DNA of 60,541 nt, the filler included, from Hausera hauseri (taxonomy: Eukaryota): assembly GCA_046269625.1 (NCBI GenBank). It is 9 parts of 9 records of this genome, joined end to end, with 100 filler letters (N's around TTAATTAATTAA, not from the genome) between each part and the next. Parts side by side here need not be neighbours in the genome. Positions count along the whole stretch, not along the records: positions 35,453 to 39,773 come from JBJURY010636441.1; positions 39,874 to 56,203 come from JBJURY010322160.1; 7 more parts are not named here. One strand, given 5' to 3'. Shown here piece by piece: positions 36,070 through 49,400 of this stretch. The notes under the pieces are model-generated. The model searched no databases, was not told where the DNA came from, and worked only from the letters and a program-made list of their open reading frames with translations. The first letter of the stretch is position 1. Each line of letters opens with the position of its first letter. The position numbers were made by a program, and so were the translations under genes.

Positions 36070-39000
36070 TGTAAGTTATAAAATTGAATCAAACGAATAT
36101 CTGACTTTTCCTGATCACCATGTATTTTCCATATTCATACACATCACCGTTTCGTCTACAACACTATCTATTAATCAATCTCCAAAACGATCAGGAAGTT
36201 TTCTAGCTCTTTTTTAAGAAGTCACAAATTTCTTCCATAGGACATAACGAGGCTGAGTGTAGTGCCGCGGTTTCGGGCGCGACCCTCCGTTTTCGGCAAT
36301 CGGGTCGCCGTTTGATGCAGCTAAACCGGCATTGTTTTCGGTTTGCATTTTGCCTTTTGGCCTTTGTTTGGTTGGCAGCCGTGCAGTCCATATCAGTGAC
36401 TGAAACGTGGAAATATTCAATCCATTTCAGAAAAGCACCAAAGGACCAACGATATTACTTCATGCCAATGGCACGAAAAACGTCGTCCAATATCGCAAAT
36501 TCTATTCCGATTTCACCGGGTAGTTGCAATGCAGAAACTACCCACAGTTCATATTTCACAGTCGAATTAATTCTGTTGAATCCTGATTATATTGGTGATC
36601 GGTTGTTTTACTTCCACGACCGTCAGAATGCCGAATTTTGTCCATTCCGCCAATTTCACTCATTTTACTCTTCCGTTGATTCCGATAAGAAAATTGATTT
36701 TGAATTAGACATCGAGTAATGTTTATAAAGAATGAATTATTTCGTGACTATTGTTAAAAGAAAATTGAAACAAGCAAACGAAGGCAGGAAATTTGTTCAT
36801 ATCACTATTTTACAATAAAACTCAAACATTATCCCAATATAAGAATTATCCTTTTACAACCAGTAATTAGACGCGTGAAAATTTCAAGGAATTATTATAA
36901 CCATATTTCAATCAATCAGATTAAAGTCGTTTCAACGTTGAATCATTAGAAGGCAGTACTAAAGATACGCATTCGAAATTGCCATCAAATATTATTCCGG
37001 TATCGTACAACCATTTATTCAATTCGTTCTACGTAAAATTGCCTATATATGCCAAGAATAAATTCATCAAATGTGACTCCAACTGAAATTATTGCCAATT
37101 TACCCGACTAAAGAAATCTACAAATCGGTGCCAACATTACCATAAATAATTAGGCATATTACATTTTAATGGAGTTGTGGGGTTGGAGTACAATTGTCGG
37201 ACTCACCCGACTTTTCTTATGCAGCGAGTGTATTTTTAATATTCACAATATTGGGCAGTTTTAAATTTTTTTAAATGCAATCGATAGTTTCAGTTTCTTA
37301 TTGGAAATCTTGTAGAAATATTTTTTTCATTTTCTTACTGCTATCACGATATCACTGGATATATTTTTAATATGTTTGATTTAAATGGGCAATATGCTAC
37401 AGTTAAGTCTCCCATTTTATTTTGCAGTGACAATTCAGGGGTGTCCATCATTGTTATTGGTGGGGTCAATTATGGCACCCCAAAATGTCGGATTATGTTT
37501 TAATTTATTCGGTATCTAACTTTATGAAAGAAATTCAACATGGGCCAACGATAACTACACTGAGCATTTTGAATAATACTTGCTGGTCTGATGTGACTCA
37601 CATTGTCGACCTGGGCGGTTTTTCCTATTAGAAATGGTCACTGCTCAAAACTCCACTTGACAAAAGATACGTGTCCCATCTTGTATTCAAAAAAATTGGT
37701 GAAAATGAAAAAAAAGTTATCGACTATTTACTCCGATCCTGATCACCATACGGTTTCAGTACCCCAATTCTGTATTCATTTGGATGTCGGGTCAGGGATT
37801 TGCCACAGGGTTAAATGTCGAGTGTATCGTAAAATATCCCTTGAAACCGACAATCCAGAAAAATGACGTTATGCTGATAACAATTTAGAATCTTCGGAAA
37901 CTAAAAAATCTCTGACACTTAGAATAATTTGTAATATCACTGTCGATAAAGTGACTGAAATGGCGTGCGGTGACGACAATAAATACATGCACAGAAAAAT
38001 CGCACAACGAAGGAAAATCCCATTTTCGATTTGATTAACAAAACATCCCAAAATGAATTCTGATTTACAGTGAATAATTACCGAGCAAATAAATACGATC
38101 GGAATATGAAAAATTACAATCAAAGTACGTAAAAATGGAATAAAATACGAATAAAATGCCAGGAAATAAACGATCACTAGTTTGAAAGGAAAGTCCAAAT
38201 GTGGTGATTAGATTGATTTGGAAACCACGCTGGCAATTTCTGAATTGAGTAAGATTATCACTAGAAAACTGAGAACGACAAATTAGTTAAAACGTAAATC
38301 GTATATGGCGTGTTTAAAAAATTAATTTTCTTAAGATGGGATTGAAAGTGTGCGCATTAAAACTTTTTTCTTTTTTCCTGCCATTGACATTGAAAAATAT
38401 TTACAAAATTTCGATAATTCTGCTCAAATTGACTCGGGTAAAATTGTTCGCGGTCCTTGTTGATTTTTAAAGAAGCAAAATGAGTTTAGATTTAGATTTA
38501 TAGTTGCTCATTGCTCATTTGAGATAAATTGGACGTTTAAGTATTTACAAAGTGTGGGGAGTTTTGATGTGTATACAGATTGTCGGAAATTTAAACATGT
38601 AAAAATTGTCGGAAAAAACTGCCGGGACAATATGGCTATTGCCTGTGTCAGAATACGTTTCTGTAAATTCGGTGTAGTTTTGGTTGTCTTATTTTAGTGT
38701 GAAAGCCAACTAGTAACATTGTTTTCAAAATTTCTTTTTGGTGCACTGTTTTCTCGACGAGATGTGAATTTGGTAATTGATCATGGTGTAACTCACCAAA
38801 AGAAAAAGGTTGCGCCCGTAACTGCGGCACAACACATCTGAGAAATCAAATCTACTTCTATCTAATGTACGAACTTTGATATTCGTAACATATAAATTGG
38901 TATACCAAGTTTGATTGCCTTATAAGTGGTGTTTTCAACTTATTTGAACAATGGTCAGTCCTTTCTTGAGGAATGTGAAGATATAATGGAGAACTGAAAT

Positions 39001-40494
39001 TCTGAATTTAAATTAAAAGCAAATTTAAATGTTAAAAAATTCAACCATGAACTTAATTTAAAAATGTCATTAAAAGTTTATTTTAATTTTGGAATTTCGG
39101 GAAATTTGTTTCGAAATGAGTATTTTAAGATAATAATAAAATTTTCAATAACTGGTGTTAACTTTGCAATGAGCAATTACAAACGATCAAATTCTGCTTT
39201 AGCGGACATACCAGAGGGCGGGGATTTTTCAACCTAAGCCAAGTTGGGCGACGATGTGGACGGCGTGGATGCGCCCGAGGCCAACAAGAAAAAACTAGCG
39301 CTTGACATCATTGAACTTTCTCGCTACATCTTTTGTTATTAAAAGATGTAATTCTCCTTAATTATATCATTTTATCTGATGATAGTCTGTGAAACGCCCG
39401 AAGCATATTGAGAAAATAAAATTTGAAAGTCGAGTTCCAGGTTTTTACAAACTCTAATCTAGTAAAATTTTATTAACCAATATTATTTTACATAAATAAA
39501 ATAACTTTCGATTTTATTTTCATTCACAAAATATATCCTATTTAAAATATACACATTAATGGGATCCATATTTGGTAAATCGTCGTCATCGGAAATGGAA
39601 TTCGAATTGCCATATACGAAGGAAGATGTGAAACAAAATTCAAATTCAGTCAGACAATATTGCGCTGAATATCACAAATACATGGAACTAAGAAAACAGC
39701 AATTGCTATACTCAGATAACAATTTAGAATTAAAGATCATTAATAAATGATTGTGACTGAAGTTTTCTGTTTTNNNNNNNNNNNNNNNNNNNNNNNNNNN
39801 NNNNNNNNNNNNNNNNNTTAATTAATTAANNNNNNNNNNNNNNNNNNNNNNNNNNNNNNNNNNNNNNNNNNNNGTAACTTTGGATTGCAGTTGAGACATT
39901 TCTGTGAAAAATTAGCATACATTTACTTATGTAAATTATATAACTGAAGTGTGATCATTTAAAGGACGTCTAGAAATGAATTACTTTTGAATTATTCTGG
40001 TTGATAACACATTCAGCACCCCAGTTACTCTAAACATCCAAATTAATACATGATATGGTTACGTGTGCTTTTAAATTGACTAAAGTTGTAAATGTGTTTT
40101 TTTTTTCTTGTTTGTTTTGGTGCCTGATTTGTGATGGACCGGCAGTTTTTCTGCTTGTTCCACCTAATTGACAAGCAGACAATTTCCAGCTGAAGTATTG
40201 GAATAAAAAGAATTCTGTAAAGATGTTTTTTCTGTTATTTAACACCTCAGATAAAGATGAACTTTGAACTCCTCACAAAGACTGCAGAAGCAAATCTACA
40301 GTAGAATTAATTATTTCAACATGGACCATAATGTTTGCCTGGCTTCACAATGGAGAAAATATTAAATAATTTATTATGATGAATTCACATTTTAATACTG
40401 ATCAAACTTTGCTGGTGTTAATATTTTATTACTGTTGTACTTTGAAGCCACGGATTGAAACTTTCTCTCTGTGTTCCTCCTTTTTGTGTTTCAG

Positions 40495-42878
40495 GTGGTC
40501 AACAGAAGGAGGTCATAGTGTCTAAATCTGACACGAATGTGTTAATAACAGACTACAAACCGTCGAGGGATTATGTTTTCAGTGTTATTGCTGTTCGAGG
40601 CAGAGAGCAGAGCAGACCGCTTCAAGGCAGATTTAAAGGTTTGTTTCAGACATTTTTACTTCTCCCCTGTTGCTGAGCACCGCTAACAAACAATAACTGA
40701 GCTCTACGTGATATTTCCTGCATAGAAACAGCATTTAAACATGTCCTCTTATAAACACTGAGAAATACCACGTGTATGACTAAAATAAAAAGTTAAATAA
40801 ATATCACAGAAATACTATTAAAATTAAAAGTAACAAAGTTTTACTCACTGTTCAGGTGTGGTAAGTCTTGAACTCTCTCACTTTCCGACAGATAATTCAC
40901 ATGCATAATTGAGATGCATTGTGGGAGATGTAGTTTATAGTCTATACTAGATTTAAAGCAGCTTATTTGGAGACATTAATACAGGGCTGTTCAGCTTAAT
41001 TGCTCTGGGGGCCACAGTTACTCAAAGCCACTAGCTGAGTGGCATGACAAGTATTGTCAATGTCAATGTCAAATTATTTATATAGCACATAAAAGCAACA
41101 AGAGTTGACCAAAGTGCTTCAAAATTCAGCCAAATTAGTAAAACAATAAAGCAACAAAAAAACAATATATGAAAATAAGATAATATAAAATAGAAAAATA
41201 GAACATAAGAAACATTATCTTTAAAAGAATCTCAAACTCTACCAGAATGAAATGCCAAGGAGTAAAATGAGTTTTAAGCAAAGATTTAAAAGTTTCAACA
41301 GTCTCAGCGGTCAGAATGTAAAGCAGTAATCCATTTCAAAGGTTTGGGGCAGAAACAGCAAAGGCTCAAACACCTCCACACTTTAGCGTAGATCTAGAAA
41401 CATTTAAAAGAAACTGGTTGCATGACCGAAGTGCTCTAACTGAAGTGTGGGTGTGAATGAGATCACACAGGTGGGACGGGGCCAGATCGTTTAAAATTTT
41501 AACAGTAAGCAATAAAATCTAAAAATTTTTCTTGAAATGAACAGGAAGTCAATGGAGAGAAGCCTAGAACCGGCGATATGTGTTTGTGTTTTTTAGTTTG
41601 TGTCAAAAGACGAGATGCTGTGTTCTGGACAACTTGTTATCGATGCATGACTTAGCGAGAAGTCTTAGTTGGAAAAAAACTGATTTCACAACAATTATCT
41701 TTCACCTTTCAAATTTGTTTACTTTGTTACGCTGATTCATAAATTTATAGCTTACCATTATGAAAACGATATTCATATTCAATAAGGTATAAAAGCAAAT
41801 GCATTTGTGGTTTTACATTTTTATTTTGGGACGGGCCGCATTTGGCTCACAGGCCTCAAGTTTGACACGTGCTGTAGGTAATAACTGTCACTGTTTCAGC
41901 TCTGTTGCTACCTCAATTCATGGCACAATGAAGGGGAGTCAATGGTGGGCTGATTTCACCCCCCCCCCCCCCCCCTTGGTACCTCAGTCTGTTCAGAAAT
42001 CAAATCTTTTTCAACCAAATACAGAACAGTCATCTAAAGGGCCCAGAATGGTCAATCTGCAGCCGAACAGTCGGCACGAGGTCATGTAGTGAGAGGTTTG
42101 TTTCCACACACACCTTTCATAGTCCAATGAGAAACATGGCACAGAGCTCCGGGTTTCTTCCCGCTGAAGTCACACTCCAATATCCGCTGTTTGGGCACAG
42201 ATCCATCACAGACAGAGTGCCACACTTCAGCAAACAGTTTCCTACATGCACAATATCTGTGCTCACATAATCCAGGAGTTTTTTTCCATTTAACTACCTT
42301 CATAAGTGTCTGGATGAGTCCTACACATTCATGGACCACCTCAGACAACTGATTCTCAAAACTATCCATGTCGCTTGCAGGTACAACAGCCAGGTTTTGG
42401 TTTTGGAATTAGAGTTGAATCAAACCCTCAAATGCTGTCATTGCTGTTCAAGTATGTTTCAGGACAAAACAACCCTCCCATGAATTTCTGGCCAATTATT
42501 AAGTAAGTTATTAATTAAGTATTCTGAGGGGGTTTGACCCCAGCCTTGTGTCAGAACAGGGCTGACAAAAAAAAAACAATGCATTTTTGTTACGAAACAG
42601 CATCATGGAGACTGGATTTTGCAGGTTTGATGGACCAAGCAGAGGCTTTAAGTCCCAGCTTGAGGTGTCTAGTGAAAGAATATTTAGTGTATTAGAATAT
42701 TAAAAGGAGAGCAAAATTCAAATATTACCTTAAATATGAAAGTTTCATTGACTTTCCTAATAATATCCATTGTTTATAGCTCATAAAGTTGAAAGAGGTG
42801 ATGGGCGTGACCAGACTGAGCCCCATCGGCAGACAGACTTAGCTGGACCTCCTGACCATGCCAACGAGATCTCTGGAG
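40495..42878 (+). CDS. Two exons (40495-40638, 42789-42878) of a fish FACIT collagen XIV-like gene: FN3 half-domain plus linker
   Basis: AG/GT-bounded phase-1 exons. GQQKEVIVSKSDTNVLITDYKPSRDYVFSVIAVRGREQSRPLQGRFK resembles the first FN3 domain of COL14A1. Confidence 0.6.
41055..41640 (-). mobile_element. L2 LINE 3' end (teleost type)
   Basis: (TTGACA)n tail, typical L2 3' UTR, and decayed coding sequence QNTASRLLT..HISPV..LHxLPV..AFAVSAP. Confidence 0.75.
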
Positions 42879-45689
42879 GTAAGAAAAACACACGCAAACA
42901 CTGTATCCAGGAAAGCAGGCTTCATGTAAATCTTTTTGCTTAAATGAAAAATGTAAACAAAATGAATTCCACTTAAGGGCCTTTTCTAAAAGCTGTCTCC
43001 CGGCTGTTGCTGGAGTCTTGTTGGAAAAACAGTCACTGTTGCTGTCTTTAACACTGACTTGGCAGGTCAGAAAGCCAAAACTATGTCTGGTGTCTGTGCA
43101 TTTTCATCAAATGCAACGGCATGCAGAGTTTGTCAAATGTCATCTCTTCTCTTTATGAAAGAAACATATGGACTGGCACACATTTTTTTCTGAACCAACA
43201 AGCTGAAGTAAAGATGCCAAAACCATTGGCAAACCAGTGGCAGTTGTGATTTGTGAAAACCACATTATGTAATGATAATGGACCATTTCATAGTCAAAGA
43301 TCATCACAAACGCACATGCACCAACCCATACAATTTAAGATGATAAATTTTAGTCATACAGACGCGATGTATTGGCACTAAATGGATTTGGTTAAACTTT
43401 CCTTTAGGATCATAGAGGAGAATTTTTCATAATTATATTTATGTTCCAAATGTTTTTGGAGCTTGTTAAATTTTCTCAATTCCAATGGTGTTTCTAGGTA
43501 AAGATCTTTGAATAGATTCAATGACCTGTGACCTGGAAAAGTTAGGTTCTGCTATGTTCACAAGAACTATGAAATGCTCTGTTCCTGATATTAGCTGAGT
43601 GAATCTTTTCATGTCTCTGTAAATGTTTGTTGTTCTAGAAGTAAACTGTCTATGGTAGAGTTGACACTTTTAATCTGCTAATATTTACATTTCTTCTGCA
43701 CAACATGAGAGATTGAAAAGAATGGCATTTGTTTCGAGTTGGCGTACTTGGTTTGGTCAAAGGGACCGATTATCACAATAAACTAAAAACAGCAGTGGTT
43801 CAGAAACAGAAATGTGAATACTGATTATTTGGTTTTAGTTTAGAGGTGCAGTTTCTGTTTCTCTGTACAGCTTGTCTTTGATTTAAAGAAAGGATAGTTT
43901 TATATTAAGTGCAGCATAAATTCCGTCTTCATGTGCAGTTTGAAGCTGCTGATGTAGCAGATGAGCAATATACACAATGAGCAATTAATTTCCATACAAT
44001 GCAACAAATTGGTTCTTGGGCTCTAAGCAGAATTCCAGTACATCACAATTTTCTTACTCACGGCAATTTTAAGAAATAGTTTGTCTAGTTATTATGTAAA
44101 AGGTCAGTTAACGATTTATGTTTTTTGCACCATATCATTTGGCGGTTACTGTATGTTAAGATATTATATATTTTTTTGTATTTGATCAGTAGTTTTGTTC
44201 TTTGTTCTTTGAGAAACAAAACCTTAAGAATTTCCACCCTTTAAACCAAAAACATGAACAACAATTTAAACAAACCTTTTTGAGATGAAACCTGTTTTCG
44301 TCTTCTGATGTCTAATTCTTGGATTTTAAATGTGGTAGTGTGCTGGGTTTTTTCTATACTGGTGAGTTCAAAAATTAAACAAGAAAATTGTCTTTCTGGA
44401 GGTTCATTCAATGCTGCAGCCTGTCACAAGTTCTACAGAGCATCTATAGAGGTTTGCGATGAAAATGCCCTTTTGGCTTTAAACCAGTGTTGTGAAACTT
44501 AAATATAAAATGTGTGTTACTCTGTCCACTTCGCTGCCATTCGTACCCACCTAGATGTACGCTGTGTCCGCTCCTCTCTAGTTAATTACCACTGTTTGTC
44601 TTTTTGAATCATTTGGTTTCAGAACAAAATGATTGATGTTTGTGTGTTTGCCACTGCCCTGCAGATGTAATGTAAATCCTCTCATTAACTATAAAGGTTT
44701 GTTTATATTGTGGGGTTTGTGCTGTGGCGGAGTACACGTGGTCTAAATCTGGGGTTAGGGTTGGTTGGTATTCAAGTGTTTAAAATCTTTGATTTTGTTA
44801 ATAAATTTTCATAGATTGTAGGATTTGTCAACTACATTTTCAGAGTCTGAAATCATTTTTATTCCCAGCTTGGTCATCTTTATCTGTTTACACTAGTATT
44901 TAACTAAGATCAGTTATATGTTATGTCAATGGATATGATGATGATCACATTACCTGTGATATTAAAACACAGTGGAGGGAAGCACTAGGATAACTACGTG
45001 GGAGCGCTGGACACATTTCACATAAAAGTTAAAAGTGCATGTATTAAAACTGGAAATCCTTAGAAAAATAAACATGTCCTTTAAAAAGAAAAGATTTAAC
45101 TCTTCTGAGAGGTTGGTAGTCGACTGAAGAACAGCCCATAAATACAGTGGCTGATTTATTTCAGCTAACAGAGAAACAGTCTGTAGGAAATGTGTTGCCA
45201 ACTCCACAGACAAGTGATGACAAAATTACTGTTTTGAATGAAAAATAAATAAAAAATCCCAACAATATGTCATCTCACCAGTGAACGAAAGTCCAGGTCT
45301 GATCTGTGAGTTAGTCTCTCCTATCAGCACCCAGTTGGGTCTCTGAGGCGTCTCACACTCCAGCTTTAAAGTCCTAAAGATACTAAAATGTATCTGGAAA
45401 ATGTATTGAGTTTTATTTACCTGAAAAAGTTGAGTTAAGTTTGTCTATTTAAGCCTAAACCATTTTTGATTAATCATCGTGTCTTATTAATCTACACGAT
45501 CAGTCAACTGGTTTTACTGATGAAACTCGTAGGCACGAAAAATGATTGCAACATTTTTTAAAACACCTTGATTTTTTTTCTTTTATTGTCAAAGTTTTGT
45601 TGGTGGATTCTTGCTTGGTGTACAAATTCAGTGGCTCAACATTGCACGAGTCACTGTTGTCATATACTGCAGGCACGCCAGTCAAGTAC

Positions 45690-46460
45690 CTGTCCTCTTT
45701 CATTATGAAGCCATGCTGTTGTAACGTGCAGAATGTGGCTTTGAATTGTCTTGCTGAATTAAGCAGGGATGTCCCTGAAAAAGATGTGGCTTGGATGGCA
45801 GCATATGCTGCTCCAAAACCTGTATGTACCTTTCAGCATTAGTGGTGCCTTCACAGATGTGCAAGTTACCCATGCCATGGAGACGAACACACCCCCATAC
45901 CATCAGAGAGGCTGGCTTTTGATCTTAGCTTTGATAACAAAACAGACAGACTTTTTCCTCTTTGGCCCAGAAGACATGATGCTCATGATTTCCAAAATCA
46001 TTTTGAAATGTGGACTCGTCAAACCACGGGACACTTTTCCTCTTTGTATCAGTCCATCTCAGATGAACTCAGGCCCAGAGAAGACTGCAACATTACTTGG
46101 TGTTGCTGATATCTGGCTTTGGCTTTGCATGGTAAAGTTATACCTTGACTTTTAAATGTAGCTTTGAACTGTTGTCACTGATTCTGGTTTTCTGAAGTGT
46201 TCCCGAGACCACGTGGTAACATTCATTACAGAATAATGTTGGTGTTTAATGCAGTGCTGCCAAAGGTCACGGATATTCACTGTTGGTTTTCAGTCTTGCC
46301 ACTTGCTTGCAGAGACTTGTCCTGATTCTCTCATCTTGATGATATGTAGACTGTAAAAGATAAAATCCCTAAATTCTTGCAACTAAACATTGAGAAAAGT
46401 TGTTCTTAAACTGTTGGACTGTTTACTCAAGCAGTTTTTCACAAAGTGGTGAATCTCAAC
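45690..46460 (-). mobile_element. Tc1 transposon remnant (teleost type)
   Basis: MVWGC..GMGNLHICEGTTNAERYIQVLEQHMLPS..QQDNSKPHSA. Confidence 0.85.
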
Positions 46461-49400
46461 CATGGAAAAAAGTCTGAATGATAAATAAAGTTGTTTATTA
46501 AAAAAAAAAAGTAATGTTGCCCTAAAGCCTAATATAACATGTAATTATTTTGTCGTTCACGCGTGCGCACATGTAAGTGTGCTCTGCGTGGGGAAGGGGG
46601 TCGCAGCTTTTCTGTCGATGCAATAAGGTGCATCCTGTTCAGTAACCACTGTTCTGCCACATGTTCTGTAAAAACCTGCTGGTAAACTGGATGAGCTGGA
46701 CGTCATCATGGCACTGCAGCAGAGACTCTCTGTTGTCCAACAGGATGGCCGCGCAGATGAAAAGCTCAAAGGTGAAGTCGGTGTTGAACGCCGGCGACTC
46801 CGTCTTCGACCTGTTCTCTGGAGACAAATCAACGTGAGGCATTTTCACACAGATAACAATCAGTTAGAGCTATACTACTTCCCCCTTACGCTCCCCTTAC
46901 AATTTGGAGGTTCACCTGTGCAGTATTTCTGTGCCAGCCTCTCCTGATAGCGAGCTCGGTCCACTTGTTGCGAAATGAGCTCCAGGTGGTCGCAACTCAG
47001 GATCTCGAACAAACGCAGGGCATCGCTGTGTTCAAACTCCCTCTGAAAGCCCAGGAGCAGCCACCTGAGACATGGGTCGACACGTCAGGACTGAAAGAAC
47101 TAAACTCACAAATCATTTGAATTTAAAAAGAGGGTGACGGGGTATTATGCAATGTCCAGGCTTCATAGTCTATCTAAATGCCTTAAAATTGGCCTCCGTC
47201 TCTTTAGGAACCTCCTGCCGTTTCAGACACTCCCACTTCAGCACGTCTTCATGACAATGAGGTAGGAGCTTTGCTTAAATAGGCGGTGCTTTGAACCAGC
47301 AAGTGTTTAAGCAGCTCCACATGGCTACCAGAGGAGATTCAATGATTTCTCAAACATGAATGAGTCAAAGCAACACTCTGGGTGTGTTTTTAATGATGGA
47401 ATGACATTATAACATGATATAAATATATGATATTGATTTAGCATAATCCACCCCCTCCCTTAAAATATATATATACATATATATATATATAGAAGGATGT
47501 TAAAGATCTACCTGTGGCAGAAGGTGAAACTCTCCATATTGTCTTTGACCAGATGAGCATACAGTGGAGGGTCCAGCTCTTTCAGCAGGGCTGCTTCCAG
47601 TTCTAAAAGACCGCAAACAAACCTAAATTCGTTAAAAAAGGAAATACAGGTCTATTTAGTCTAAACAACTAATGCACCGGATCCTTTCTGCCTGATTTTC
47701 AGAACACTATATAATTTACTTGTCATGCTTGATCTACTATCAGTACCCTGAGCAAATAATAAAAGCTTTCTTTGACTTTATTCAGATAAAATATACACAA
47801 CAGCATCCGTGAACGCAGTGTGCCACCTGTCTGTGTGCTTTTGCTACTTTCAACCATGAAGATCCACTCTTCAACTGTTTCACAAATGTGGGTGGAGCTT
47901 TGAGTTTTTGTTCAAAAACAAGTCAAGTCTTGTTGTGTTAGATCAACAACTCTTCCTCCATTTCTAGAAAAATGCTGCTTCGCGTCTTTTAGTTGGCACA
48001 ATTTTTTCCCCTTAGGTTGTCAATTTGTTGTAGAATCCATGTCAAGATTCTTTCATTTATAATAATCTTCAAATATCCTTGCCCCTCCTCACCTTTCTGG
48101 TAAACTCTTACATATCTGCCCGTTCTCCCAGGTCTGCTGATCAGTTGCTTCTGACTGAACCAAAAACGAGGGGTTTTTGAAATGGTGGGGCTAAAATTAT
48201 GAAATGAAATGCCCTTGTACATTAGACAGCTTAGCTGCTTATAAATCTTCATAAATCCTTATAAACAACCCCTTTTTTGTGTGTTTTTGTTACCCGTTTG
48301 GTTTTCTTGTTTCATTTCACTAATTATTAGATTAAGTACATATTTGTTTTATTGTACTGCACTGGAAAGGATTTTGTTTCTTTGATAAATTTTCAAGAGA
48401 TATATAAATAAAAACAAAATTTAGTCAAATATTTTCCCACCAGAGGTCTCCAGTATTTGTTCATCCTTTCTTTCCTTGTTTTTTTTTTTTGTAGAATCTA
48501 ATAAGCAAACATCACACATCATACAGACTGAAATGTTTCACAAAAACACATTTTAGTTGTTCAACTATTTTATCTGTATTTAAGTAGGAGAAATGTATAG
48601 GTCTGAGAAGTACAAACATTCTTTTTGTAAATAGTTTAATTCCGCTAAACAGAATAATAACAAAGAACCCCTTGAAATGTTATTTTAAGTATTTAGGCCT
48701 GGTATAAAAAAAGTGATTCATTATTGATAGGTAAAGTGCAAGATCAGATACCTGTTTGTAGATCATATGGATCATTGAAAAGAATAATGATGTCAAACAG
48801 GTAACTAGTGTTTCCCTAAATTCTCCAGAGACGTTGAATCCAAATAAATTTTCATTCCTCACCTATCTTCCTGTGCAGGCCGTCTGCCCTGAAATCCCGG
48901 GAGAACTTCTCCATGTAGCAAGAGAAACTCCAGAAGGCGTCGACCTCCGAGTCGAGGACCTCCAGGAAGCGGCTGCAAAGGTCGTTCATCCCCTGAGCGT
49001 AACTGACCTCTGGAGCGACAACAGGAGGTAAACGCTGCGTCAGGAGGAGAAAAGCTGCTCTGCTCTGACTCTGATGTGTCCGAGCTACTGACCTGGATGA
49101 AACGCAGCATAAGTGATGAGAACGTTCCTCAGCACCAACAGGTTGCCTAAACCTTTATCCCTGCAGGCACATTTAAATAATTAGTGTTGAATAAATCTGT
49201 AAAAAATGGTTTCACAAACCATTTAATCAGTTGAAAACATGTCTTCTCCTATTTTCCTTTTTTTCCTGGTGGCAGAAATTCAGCTCGCTGACAGAACTTT
49301 AGTCCTTGTTTGTTTTTCTGGTTAGCCATGTCCAACTTTTGTAAACACAGCTGTCGAGTCCCAAACTAGATGTGCTACTTCCACAGACAAATTAGCAGTT

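Noticed and set aside
36312-36719. Signal-peptide-like 135-aa ORF (possible cadherin-like fragment)
   Set aside because: No diagnostic motif was recognised and it has a non-ATG start; it cannot be supported without a search.
39376-39400. Second hammerhead candidate CTGATGA-tagtctgt-GAAAC
   Set aside because: No convincing stem II or stem I pairing.
39559-39750. MGSIFGKS ORF as an N-myristoylated protein
   Set aside because: 63 aa at a contig edge with no other support.
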